DNA from: Octopus bimaculoides
Taxonomy: Eukaryota
Direction: 5' to 3'
DNA: 64,000 nt
NCBI RefSeq assembly: GCF_001194135.2
Contig: NC_068981.1
Location: forward strand, 56,563,180 to 56,627,179
The stretch's first letter is position 1. Each line of letters starts with the position of its first letter. Shown here in pieces: positions 41,041 to 52,907 of this stretch. The position numbers were made by a program, and so were the translations under genes. The notes beneath the pieces are model-generated. The model was given only the letters and a program-made list of their open reading frames with translations, ran no database searches and had not been told where the DNA came from.

Positions 41041-41510
41041 TGATGTAATCGTGAATTGAAATATGTAAAAAAAGTAAAAGTATTTATGAGTGCATATTAA
41101 GACGTATTCTGTATTTTTCAATGAAAAAAGTTTCTTTATGTGAACGTTCTTGTGGAGAGATTGTGTCTTTGCACTGGTAGAAGGGGAAGACTAAAATTTG
41201 GTTTGATGTTATCTGCACATTTTTTTATATGTTCAGTGAGAGGAATTTGTCTGTACTACGGGAAACGGATTTGCTCCTTATGTAGAGTGGTTCTCCTTCT
41301 CAAGGTCATACTCGTTTGTCCAATATAGTTATGTCCGTAACCCGAGCAAGTTATTACATAAATTAGGTTCTCAGAGGCACAAGTGAAGTTAGTTTTAATT
41401 GTGAACCTCTGCCCTTGTTTGAAAAGGAAATCCAAGCCTTCAAGTAAGTTGGGGCAGGTTCCACGGTTTGAACGTCCACATTTTTTAACTGTTGGCTTCG
41501 TGTTTTTTTT
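40720..41510 (-). mobile_element. Penelope-like element 3' end (GIY-YIG endonuclease plus 3' UTR)
   Basis: KCGRSNRGTCP..FTIKTNFTCASENLIYVITCSGYGHNYIGQTSMTLRRRTTLHKEQI. Confidence 0.9.
40776..40810 (-). ncRNA. Degenerate minimal hammerhead ribozyme in the Penelope 3' UTR
   Basis: Reverse complement ATATC-ATGAATA-GC GAAA GC-GAAA-CCGG-TC-GATAT: stem I ATATC/GATAT, palindromic ACCGGT stem III, GUC cleavage triplet. The CUGA core is damaged. Confidence 0.6.
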
Positions 41511-43238
41511 TTTGTAGAGATTCGCATTGTGTGTATACATATAGATATAGATATGTGCTATATTATAGAAAGAGAAAATTGTTCCATCATGCATCTTCGT
41601 GGGATAATAACCTCATTTAATTTTATGAACTAAACATGAAGACCTGTTTAACGAAATATTGTATAGTTGTGTTTTCCCTAAAACTAATGATGTCGGATGG
41701 AGTTGTTTGGGTAGCAGCCATTCGAAAATTCAAATCACACCGACAGCGATTCAGTTGCATTAAAATATTGTTTGGCAATTTCTTACAAAGCGGCAATCAA
41801 TTTCTTTTTTCTAGAGGCACATACTCTCTTGGGTAGTGAATCTATCATTTACTCTTGTGGAATGTAATAATGTTGAAGGTAATGTTAAAAAACTTACCAC
41901 TTCCTTTGCTTCCTAACTCGCAAAGCAAAAAATAATGCTTCGGAATGTGGTTGAAAATCCTCTGGCATAAAATGGTCAAAACCTCTACTGTTCATTTGCT
42001 AATACGTACTGGTAGTCCTTGAATATTTCGTTGCTACTCTATTTGATGGAATATTTTATTTTTTTATCTTGTGTAGGAGCGCAATACTAGCGGTCATCTT
42101 ACTTGCTTCAATCTTTCCGTAAGAAATTTCTACTGAGTTATTGAAGGTTGCTTATTAGCTATCCGTTTAGATGAGGGGTATGGCGTGGTTTAACTCTTAT
42201 TAAAAACATGTTAAACTTTGAAATTTTAATTCACCAAGAAGTCTGGCTATGTTCCTATTGGACTTTATCTTGGTATAGGTTTAGCTTTGTATCTATGGGG
42301 CTTTATTTTAAAATCTATTGTTATCGTAAAATTAAGTATGATACATTTTCTACTCACAGTGAAGCAAACTCACTTTCTACGAAACAGAAGTAGTACAAGG
42401 AAAGCCACAGGGATTTGATATCAATTTAAAAGGAGTGATATACAAATCATCTGGATAAATGCTACTGAGAACCAAAAGCAACAATTAAACAAGTCAACGT
42501 TAATTCTTTAAAAATGATGATAAGCTGTTTTTTCAATGGTAGTTTGCAAAACAAATTGCAAAGTAAATATTATATGATGTCAACCAGAAGGTAACAATGA
42601 AGGTAACCGAACATTATTAAATGTGAGCAATGTCAGCTCAAGATAACATGTTCAGAGAGCAAGAAAACCAACTCGTGTCCTCATCAAAAAAACACATATT
42701 ACTAATGCGTCAATGGAAGAGCTCATACGTGAACACTAGGCCAAATCTCACTCAAAGTATAGTTCCGCCTTAAAAAAGACAATATATTAAATACTATAGC
42801 CGCTTATTACTATAAAACGTCAGTATGGCCACAACTGATATATTTTTAATCACAGTTATGTTCCAAAAGGTTAAAACAGTAGAAACAGGAACAAATGCTT
42901 ATAACTATACAGGTAACTAAAAAATTAGCGAAAGTATAATAGTATAATACATGTTAGCACATGAGTTATAGCACAAACGCACGCACACGAGTTCACATAT
43001 TCGTTCGAAGGTAACGACGCTCCTCTGAATTTTTCCATATATGTATTCCTTCAATGCATGTGTGTGTGTGTATGTGTATATGTGTGTGTGCGTTTGTGTG
43101 TGTGTGCGCGCGCGCGCATGCGTTGCAGAAACATATGACTCTGGGTAGTCTTAACATATTTAATAGAGTTAGATCATATTTTCGCATGAGCTCCTTACGG
43201 TCTGTTGAGAACTATAAGGTGCTTAATTCCATCATAAT

Positions 43239-43278
43239 CATCAACGTTTCTTTATGCCACAGTCTCATCAACAGAATG
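43239..43278 (-). ncRNA. Hammerhead-like fold with extended core CTGTTGATGA
   Basis: Reverse complement CATT-CTGTTGATGA-GACTGTGGCATAAA-GAAA-CG-T-T-GATG; stem II is decayed. Confidence 0.35.
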
Positions 43279-44660
43279 TAAATTACTGTTGGCGTGTGTA
43301 ACTGCCTCATTTTATGAACGACAAATGTGATATCTCTAGCATTTATCTTCCAAATTTGTTTAGACGTTTTCGATGTTTTGACTGGCATATGAAATTCGAT
43401 TGTTAGTTGTATGCGTCATTAGTCACAATAACATTATACATAATATGCATTGAAAATTCACATATCATACACAAAATATACTGTCAATCAAAATGCACAG
43501 TAACCACACTTTTAGGAGAACGGCTCTTCAAGGATCTCAAATGAAGAGAAAATGCATCATACTAAATCTAAAACCACCACTAATAGTATACTACAGAAAC
43601 ATTAAAATTGAAAATCCCCTTATTAGCAACGAACTACATGCCTTTTATATTAAAAAAATAGCACAGTTGACCAACGTGGTTAATACTTTTGATTGCAATG
43701 GAGAAAGTTGTAAACTTCATAACTCCTACTATTAAATTGGCCATTGTATGCTTTATGCATGTACGACATAAAGAAATCTAATACTCCGTAAAACAGAAAA
43801 CGAAAACTAGGGTGTAAGTTATAAGCGGATAACAGATGCATACTGTATGAAACGGTTCCAGTGTTAAAACTAAAACATAATAACCCGGCCTCCAATATTT
43901 TTTTAAAGAAAAAAGCTGTTTCATACACATACATTTACTGAATGTATGTGTGCGCGCGCGTGTGTATCGTTTGTAGAAAAAACATATATCCGAAGCGCCC
44001 TCCAAAATGTAGAGCAGTTAATATTATAAAGGGGGAGGCAACCCCATAAACCTATTATGATATATATATATATATATATATATACATCTGCAAACAATAG
44101 AGAGATGAAAGATAAATAGACACATAGATAGATATTACGAAATTATAAGTTCATCTATATATTTTCAACATGTATGAAATACGATACTTAAGCCTAGAGA
44201 ATGTTAAGTGTTCAATACTTCAAAATGTACTCACCTCTGGTAATGAGTAGGAATATTCAAGTAGTTGATAATCGAGGGCTGGGATATAGATGTTTACAAT
44301 ACAATTTATAATTATTTATTGAGGTTCTTCACAAAAATACCAAGACGTTCCATGAAATAAATTGGAAATAGTATTTTGTTTTTCTTGCTATGCATTGTTT
44401 ATTTGAATCGATATTTTTAATCATGTTATTCGACGTATCGAGAATTCCTCAAGGTTTGGACGTACGGATATATATACATGTGACTATGTATGAATATGAA
44501 AGCGTATTGTTTTAGTACGCGCGCGCAAGCACTCACACACCTATCTATAACTATTACATAGATGTATGTATTTATACACTCACACACAAACACACATATA
44601 TATATCTTTGTATGTGTTTGATATATATATATATATATATATATANNNNNNNNNNATATG

Positions 44661-44698
<38 letters not shown>

Positions 44699-44840
44699 CA
44701 TCCATATAAGTTTGTATATATGAATTTCTTGAGATTCACTGGAGTATGCGTGTTTACATCGATTCACAAATAGAGACGAATATATATACATAAACCTGAT
44801 CTAACTCCTAAAGCTTGCATTTGTTTCCGCAAGGACCCCA

Positions 44841-44844
<4 letters not shown>

Positions 44845-44876
<32 letters not shown>

Positions 44877-44941
44877 GTATATGTGCATGTATGTGTATGT
44901 GTGTATGTATATGTGTGTGTATCGTGTGGTGTATGTGTGTA

Positions 44942-45030
<89 letters not shown>
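44845..45030. repeat. (CA)n followed by a long (GT)n/(GTAT)n microsatellite
   Basis: Visible directly. Confidence 0.97.
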
Positions 45031-45129
45031 AAGTGTCCTCGTGTTGTGTACATGTAGTATATATACATGTTTGTGGCCTTGGTAAATTCGTGCAAGCAGA
45101 AATGTATTTGACTTCATACCTTATATTTA

Positions 45130-46100
45130 ATTCGGCGCGTCACATGTCTGTTCAAATCTCTGCAATAGCTATTTCCACGTTTCAACATGACTATTATTAA
45201 TCGTGACTTGTCTATGTAGTCATCTTGATTCAAAGCCTTACAGTTGTGTGACCCATTTGATATTATATTTGATCACTAATAAAAGAATCAGCTATGATAA
45301 GATTTTATTATATGTTGAATTTCCTCACATTCTTTGAAACATAATTTGAATGTTGTCAACAGATTTATTTCATTTGAAGTTGTTGGATGCAATTGATTGT
45401 TGAGGTTATCGATGATGTCGAGTACTTTCATAATAAATGCCAGGAATTGGCTCTATTTTGAAGTTAATCAGAAGTAATGATACTATAAGGCAGCATGGAA
45501 TAAGATAAGCTCAGTACTTTTACTCAACATTGAATGATGTAGAGTTTATCTGTGAAATAGATGTTTCAACTCTCAGGCTCGTTCCTAAACGCTGGTTCCA
45601 ATCTATGAAGCTTCATCCGATGTTCGTTTTCTTTCCTGGATCCTTTACTTTCCTAGTACGTCTGGATAATGATGGAGTGTTTCCTAGCTGGTAATGGCGA
45701 AACAAGCCCTTTAAGTTGGTTTTGTAAAATATTCCTCGGAAAACTTAGATAGAAAGTTCAGGTGTTGATAATGGATATATAGATACGGTAGTGCGAGAAA
45801 GACATTTTTTGCAAGAATATTTTTTTACATTTCTGTTATTTGGTGGGTTGTACCATATGTCGCTCTGCTTCTTGTGTGATTAGGGTAGTTGTTCTACACA
45901 TCTAACAATGATTAGTAGTTGAGGTTTTGCACAGAGTTGCAGTACTAGTCGGAACAACAGGATGCCTTTTCTCCCCAGGTAAAGAGCTTATCCTGTTATA
46001 GGTGTTGCATATGACGTGTTTGATGACATTAGGTGGGTGTTTCATTAAGGCATATAGTTTTATTTTCTAATTTGGACAGAATTGAAAGTAAAAGAGCTGT
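45130..46100 (-). mobile_element. Decayed Penelope-like element (RT C-terminus and linker)
   Basis: KHPPNVIKHVICNTYNRISSL (SNHPP..IIK motif) and KQSDIWYNPPNNRNVK (WFNPP..NV motif) on the minus strand, with many stops. Confidence 0.7.
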
Positions 46101-46819
46101 AGATTCATATTGTTCGACACATTGATTCATTATTTATGTCACTGAAAATCATACAGTTTCACTGGAAACACTTCCTATAAATGCATAAATACACGCACAC
46201 GCCGACAAACATGTACGAATACATACACGCGCGCACACATACACATAAACACATAGACACATACGCCCTCCCCCGCACACCCCNNNNNNNNNNNNNNNNN
46301 NNNNNNNNNNNNNNNNNNNNNNNNNNNNNNNNNNNNNNNNNNNNNNNNNNNNNNNNNNNNNNNNNNNNNNNNNNNNNNNNNNNNNNNNNNNNNNNNNNNN
46401 NNNNNNNNNNNNNNNNNNNNNNNNNNNNNNNCCCCACACATATATGTGTCTGCGAATATATTGATGTATACCAGATCATATATACAAGATCATACCATAT
46501 ATACAAGATCATACCATATTTGTTTTATAGCATAGGAAAATATATAGACATATATGCTTTTAAAGAGATATTTATATATTTGTAATGTGCTAGTGCACTC
46601 AGGGAGATTGCTTCATGTATAAGCAATTATCCAAACTTAATACTTAGGAAGAATATAATGCTGTTACTGTACGTGTGTGTTTGAGTATAGTTCTTTTCTC
46701 CGTACAAATATCAATGGAAGATTTCTAAATATACTGCGCAGCAGTTCGGTACACTGGACTTCATTCTTCCCGTCGTTTTGTAATACATGATCACCCGAGA
46801 ATATATTCAAATACTTTAG

Positions 46820-46990
46820 ACATGTTCATGTCTTTCTTTATGTTTCGAGTCTACGCTCGTCAACAGAACCACGAGGCACTAAACAGAGAGAGAATGAAAA
46901 AAATTTTGGAGCTAGCGGTCAATCATGGCGACTAGTTGAACAAGGTAGTAAGACAGGAAAGCTAGGAAGAAAGGGAGATAATAAAATACT
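46820..46990 (-). repeat. Second copy of the 7770-7990 repeat, with hammerhead-like fold at 46836-46869
   Basis: Reverse complement TT-CTGTTGACGA-GCGTAGACTC-GAAA-CA-T-AAAG. Confidence 0.55.
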
Positions 46991-47039
46991 GGTGATCCCA
47001 AAACGCGGGTACGCGTACGTGTGTGTTTGTAAGAGTTTG

Positions 47040-47345
47040 TGTGGGCATGTGGATAGGGGATGGTGACTGTGACGTGTGGATGTGTGTGCGTCTGTAATGT
47101 GTGGGTGGATGATGATGTGGGTGCTTGGAAGTCGTCAGTGCTAGTGTGTGCGCAGTGGTGTGCGGGTGGTGTGATGTGGTATGGTGGTGTTATGTGGTAT
47201 GGTGGTGTGTGGTGTGGCGGTGTTGGGGATGAGATGGTGGGGTGTGGGTTTAGGGTGAGGTTGTGGGCTGAGAATGTGGGTTGAGGCGAGGATGTGAGGG
47301 AGAGATGAGGTATGTGGGAGTGGGATGCGTGAGGGTGGGGTGGAC
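47040..47345 (+). repeat. G/T-rich decayed simple repeat
   Basis: GGTGTG/GGTATG runs and several GGG tracts. Confidence 0.8.
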
Positions 47346-47509
47346 ATATATATATATATACTCATACCAACATATTCCAGCATATTTTCACATATATACT
47401 AGGTTTATTGTATTTTATGCAAGGATCGAAATATATGATAGTCTATATCAAAGACAGGCAGACAGACATGTAGGTACATTACGTAACTTCGACGTGGTAG
47501 AATTGTCCT

Positions 47510-47556
47510 CAACATCATCACCATCGCAATCACCACACACATCATTGGCATCATTG

Positions 47557-47590
<34 letters not shown>

Positions 47591-48070
47591 TGTCATCGTC
47601 ATCATTTTCACAATCAGCACACACAATAACCACATTTATTAACGCTCAATATGCACTTCATAAACTCTCTCCTTAAACTGCAGCTATAACAACATGAATG
47701 AATATCCGAAAACATTATACTCAAAGCTAAATTTGCCATCCTGTAGTCTTGGGTGGGGGGAAGAATATATGGTCACAGTTGGAACGGTTTTGAGCAGGTC
47801 AGCTTCATCAGGGTTGTCCTGAAGAATGAAGCACCAAGGACTTCCATCACCTCCATCACCATTTCTACCATCACCACCACCAACAACAACACAGCCACCA
47901 AACCCCCCACCCCCCACCACTACCACTACCCCCACCACCACGACTGTGACGGCTACTGTTACTGCTATTACCCCTCCATCACTACTACCACTACAACTAC
48001 TGCTGCTGCTGATACCACAACCAGAATATGAAGTCGCCACTTTCACCGTCACCGTTACCACATTCAGCAT
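47510..48070. repeat. Low-complexity (CAT)n/(CAC)n/(ACT)n triplet region
   Basis: Visible directly. It explains the poly-S/T/D/M ORFs. Confidence 0.85.
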
Positions 48071-48279
48071 GTGCATCGTAAAGTATTAATCGGCATAAGG
48101 TTAATGTGTGACAATGTGCGATAAACTGCACCGTATATTAGAATGCAACCATTGTGCAAACGCACTTGCTTACACCTCGCTTTGGGCCAATTCAAGTAAT
48201 TTTAATTTCACAGGAGTCTCTGTGAAATAAATATTCAAAATTACCTTCTTCTCATAAATGTTTTGCGGTGCTTTTCATT

Positions 48280-48311
<32 letters not shown>

Positions 48312-48864
48312 TAATTATTATTACTAAAATTTATGAACGATTGTTTTTATTATCGTTATTATTTATTTTATTCAATAAGAATCCTTGTATTGCTCATCAT
48401 CATCATCATCAACGACAATTTTAGTACAAACAGAAGCAGCAATAACAACAATAACAGCAAGAACATCATCATCACCGTCATCTTGACATTGAGTCTGCGA
48501 TTTTGTTTTTGAAACGTAAAATAAAGGAAGCAGAAGCGCCGTGAATGACAGACGGAACGGTGTGATGTACAAAAAGTCACTTATCCAACTGTCACAGAGG
48601 CCAACTCTTCCTTTCGAGCCTTCCCACTTCGATAAAATAAAGTAAATTCGACCTTCTGCCAGAAATTGATAAGATATAAAACAGATTCACTCTATAACGT
48701 GGGTGGATAGGTACTAATGTAAAAAATAAAAAGCAACCAACTGGTAAAATAGGTAAGAGAATCAAATAAAATTCATCATGGCATTTTGTTAGGCCTCTTA
48801 ACATTCTGAATTCAAATCCCACCGATTCCGACTTAACCATGAATCCTCCTGAGTTTGATAAAAT

Positions 48865-49116
48865 TGTTGTTGTTGTTGTTGTTGGCACTCCGTCGCTTAC
48901 GACGTCGAGGGTTCCAATTGATCCGATCAACGGAACAGCCTACTCGTGAAATTAACGTGCAAGTGGCTGAGCACTCCACAGACACGTTCACCCTTAACGT
49001 AGTCCTCGGGGATATTCAGCGTGACACAGTGTGACAAGGCTGGCCCTTTGAAATAGCGGCACAACAGAAACAGGAAGAAAGAGTGAGAGAAAGTTGTGGT
49101 GAAAGAGTACAGCAGA
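48865..49116 (-). mobile_element. SINE 3' portion with (AAC)n tail
   Basis: Reverse complement ..GTACTCTTTCACCACAACTTTCTCTCACTC..GGGCCAGCCTTGTCACACTG..ACGGAGTGCCAACAACAAC. Shares a 45-bp block with the SINE at 62720. Confidence 0.8.
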
Positions 49117-49579
49117 NNNNNNNNNNNNNNNNNNNNNNNNNNNNNNNNNNNNNNNNNNNNNNNNNNNNNNNNNNNNNNNNNNNNNNNNNNNNNNNNNNNN
49201 NNNNNNNNNNNNNNNNNNNNNNNNNNNNNNNNNNNNNNNNNNNNNNNNNNNNNNNNNNNNNNNNNNNNNNNNNNNNNNNNNNNNNNNNNNNNNNNNNNNN
49301 NNNNNNNNNNNNNNNNNNNNNNNNNNNNNNNNNNNNNNNNNNNNNNNNNNNNNNNNNNNNNNNNNNNNNNNNNNNNNNNNNNNNNNNNNNNNNNNNNNNN
49401 NNNNNNNNNNNNNNNNNNNNNNNNNNNNNNNNNNNNNNNNNNNNNNNNNNNNNNNNNNNNNNNNNNNNNNNNNNNNNNNNNNNNNNNNNNNNNNNNNNNN
49501 NNNNNNNNNNNNNNNNNNNNNNNNNNNNNNNNNNNNNNNNNNNNNNNNNNNNNNNNNNNNNNNNNNNNNNNNNNNNNNC

Positions 49580-52000
49580 CAAGTTTGAGGCCTTGTCCTT
49601 CCAGTAGAAAGGATTATCATCGTTATTAAGGCGGCGGGCTGGCAGAATCATTAGCACGCCGTACAAATTGCTTAATGGCATTTCGTCCGTCCAACGAGGT
49701 CTGCTTTGCTTTTCATCAAAATCGGCTCTAGTACTCAAGTGGTACTTATTTTATCGATTAATAATTCTTTCTATAATAGACACAAGGCCCGAAATTTGGG
49801 AGTAGGGGTGCATCGGCCTTAGTCCATGAAATAAGTGCCAGTTGAGCACTAAGGCCGATTCATCCCCACCCCCAAATTTTATGGCTTGTGTCTATAATAG
49901 AATTATTAATTAATAAATAAGTATCACTTGAGCACTAGAGTCTATTTAATCGACTAACCCCTACCCCAAATATCAGTGTCCTTTTTCCAAATTTTGGACT
50001 ACAAAAGTCAACTTGGCTTTTCATCCTCCGGAATGGAACCGATAAAATAAAGATCTTTCAAAAACTATTGTCGATAATTTTTTTGCCGTTGTGCTAATCA
50101 AATTGTAGTTAAGTGCGTTCGTACTAGGCTGGCATTCTAGTACATTGTATTTGCTCTAAGTTTTTGTTTTGGGGTTCCCTGGGGTCAATAAAATAAAGCA
50201 ATCATTTACTAGGTCTATGGTATTGACAGACATCATCCCTTTTAATATACCTCCTTTTTGCTTGGCGAGCAGGCACGACCGTTAGCTCATCGGACAAAAT
50301 GCTTAACGGCACTTCTTTCGGCTTCTTACATTCTGAGTTCAAATCCCTCTGAGGTCAACATTGCCTTTCACCCTTAAAGGGTTGATAAAATAAGTAACAA
50401 TTGAGCACTGAAGTCAATGAAATCAATTTTCCCCTCCCTCAAAATTGCTGGCCTTGTACCAAAAATTAGAATTAATGATTATTATTACTGCAAGAAATAA
50501 TAATTATACTTTAGCAGAAAGCCACCATTATGGGAGGAATGCAGCAAATTCGATTACATCAGCTACAATAATGAGTGGTACCTATGATATCCATGCCAAA
50601 CTTACGCGAAGTATAAACTGAGGAAAATTGACATCTGCAACAAAAAAAGAACCTGACAGTCACCATATTAATAAATGAATAAGCTAATTAATAATATTTA
50701 TGCACTGAGAATTTAATATTGGTTTCAAATTATGGTACAAGGTCAACAATTTTGTGGGATGGTAAGTCAATTACATCGACTCCAGTGTTCAGCTGGTACT
50801 TTATCTACTCTGAAAGAATGAAAATCAAAGTCAACTTCGGCGGAATTTGAACACAGCACATAGAATTGGATGAAATGCCGCTGAGCATTTTTCCCGGTGT
50901 TCTAACGATTCTGCCAGCTCGCTACCCTAGGAGAATTTAATATTTACAAAATGACAAATATTTGCCTAGTATGTTTTACTCAAGTACGGCTGACATTTCC
51001 TAATCTTCTTGGCGTATAAGTATTTTTAAGAAATTAGATTTCTTTTCTTCTCTACATTAAATACGTTAGCTCTTCTTTGGCTATACAAAAAATAACGTCC
51101 GTCCTAATGGTCTTAAAGTTAAAATGTAAATGCATTATGTCAAGTGCTTACTGATATTGTCATCCTAATGAATCTCAAAACAAAATTTCAGCCTAGCTTT
51201 AAAAGTACTTGAATAGAATTCTTACTAAGGAGATCCCGCTGCTTCCCTTTATATAAATAAATATTCTTGTAATTCGGTGCAAAGAAGTTTCAGTGTGAAA
51301 ATTCATGGCAGCGAATGAATTTCGTATCTTTGTATTCTCGTCTTTCATCAGGATTAAACATGTAATTACTTCTCTATCTCGATTATCTCTGAAATCTGGT
51401 CACGATATTATCACATTGAAGTTATTAGTTTCCAGTTTAGCTTAAACACAGTGTTGCAATTTCGAGTCTATGATTCTATTGATAAGTAATCCACCACCAC
51501 CTTTTCGATTTTTCTTTCTGATCTTCATCCCCAATTTTAATGTGTTTCTTCTCATCACATTTTTCGCGTGTGATAATAACCTATAATTAACGGATGAAGT
51601 ACTGGTTTAGCACATAGTAACAATTTTCCCTCAATTATTAATTATAGGTGAGTGCTTTGAGGATGCATTCGTGTATTGTGAATTTTAATTTTTTTTCTCT
51701 TAAAATAAGAATGTCTAACATTTTAGGTCTAAATTCTTATTTATAAAATTGGTTTTCTTTTCAGTTTGTTTTAGTTGATTTTATTATTACTGTTGCTATC
51801 AAGACGGCGAACTGGCAGAATCGTTAGCACGTCAGAGAAAATGCGAAGTGTCTTTCCGCTTATCATTATGTTCTGAGTTCTAATTTCGCTGAGGTCGACT
51901 TTGCCTTTCAGGTCCGATAAAGTAAGTATAAGTTGATCACTGGAATAGATGTTAACGACTTGCCCTCTTTCCCGAAATTTCTGGCCTTGTTCCAAATACT
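49580..52000. mobile_element. Dense cluster of Deu/Nin-like SINE copies and fragments in both orientations (49627-49745 +, 49773-49898 hairpin, 49920-50050 +, 50262-50465 +, 50715-50928 -, 51800-52000 +)
   Basis: Repeated GGCGGCG.GCTGGCAGAATC.TTAGCACG heads, GAGTTC.AAT B-boxes and GGCCTTGT tails. Confidence 0.85.
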
Positions 52001-52094
52001 TGAGATTATCACGTTAGTACATGCTAATTCAGTATTTTACCCTGAGGTTTAGTGACAACAAATCTCAAATTTCAAGAATTTTCATTAAGGTTTT

Positions 52095-52841
52095 GCAGAA
52101 TATAGGATGGTACATAACAATGTCTTTCCCTTTGTCATCCAGCTAGGTACTGCGCTTCTTGCAAGCACTCATCTAGCAGTTGCACTATCCTTTCATGGAG
52201 CACTCTCAGCTTCTTCATTTAATAACCTTGGACCCCATCCGGTCCTGAGCTCTTTCAATTTAGGAATTCCCTTAATTCTTTTTTTTAATCATTTCTGCAG
52301 TTATTTTTATGTTGTCTTGGCCTTCTATATTTCTTAACCTATCTTGGATTTCATGCAACCACTCGGCTTCAGCATTATGCTTTACAGGTTGGTCCCAGAT
52401 CCCCACCACCACCAAATGCCCTGTTTTCCTCTGCATCTGGTATCGTTGTTACGTGTAATTACCCATCTAGTTCCTGAAACAGTTTTTCCTGATTTGCTTT
52501 AAACAATCTGTTTTGCCTGAATTGTTTTGTTCTATTGTCATACCGGTTTGCTTTGATTGCTACTATTCTTTGTTTCAATTATTCCAATATCACATCATAC
52601 CCTTTTATTCTATGTTCTTTCCAGTCTTATTCTTATGATTTCGTTTTGCAATTCCCCTCTTTTCAATCTATCAACTTGTCCTAAATGTCTTTTTAACTTA
52701 GCTCGTTTCTCACAAATTCGTCTACGCCAGTATGGTTCTTTACGTTCTGTTTGTTCTCTTCTTTTGTATCCAACTCTGTCTGCAGTAACCCTAGCTGCAG
52801 CCCAAATAAGCTTGTTAGTTTCAGTTATATTTCTCGTCTGG
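52095..52841 (-). mobile_element. R4/Dong-clade fragment (pre-RT to RT N-terminus); its 5' end abuts (TAA)n at 52843-52907
   Basis: TNKLIWAAA..EPYWRRR..KQFRQNRLFKANQEKLFQELDG..; SSGPDGVQGY; AVPSWMTKGKT. Confidence 0.88.
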
Positions 52842-52864
52842 AAATTATTATTATTATTATCATG

Positions 52865-52907
<43 letters not shown>

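Noticed and set aside
47684-47850. FILQDNP..PHP as a mariner remnant or real exon
   Set aside because: Only a loose resemblance, embedded in low-complexity triplet repeats.
51310-51355. CTGATGA..GAAA on the minus strand as a hammerhead (similar case at 61585-61626)
   Set aside because: Stem II cannot pair and stem I is poor.
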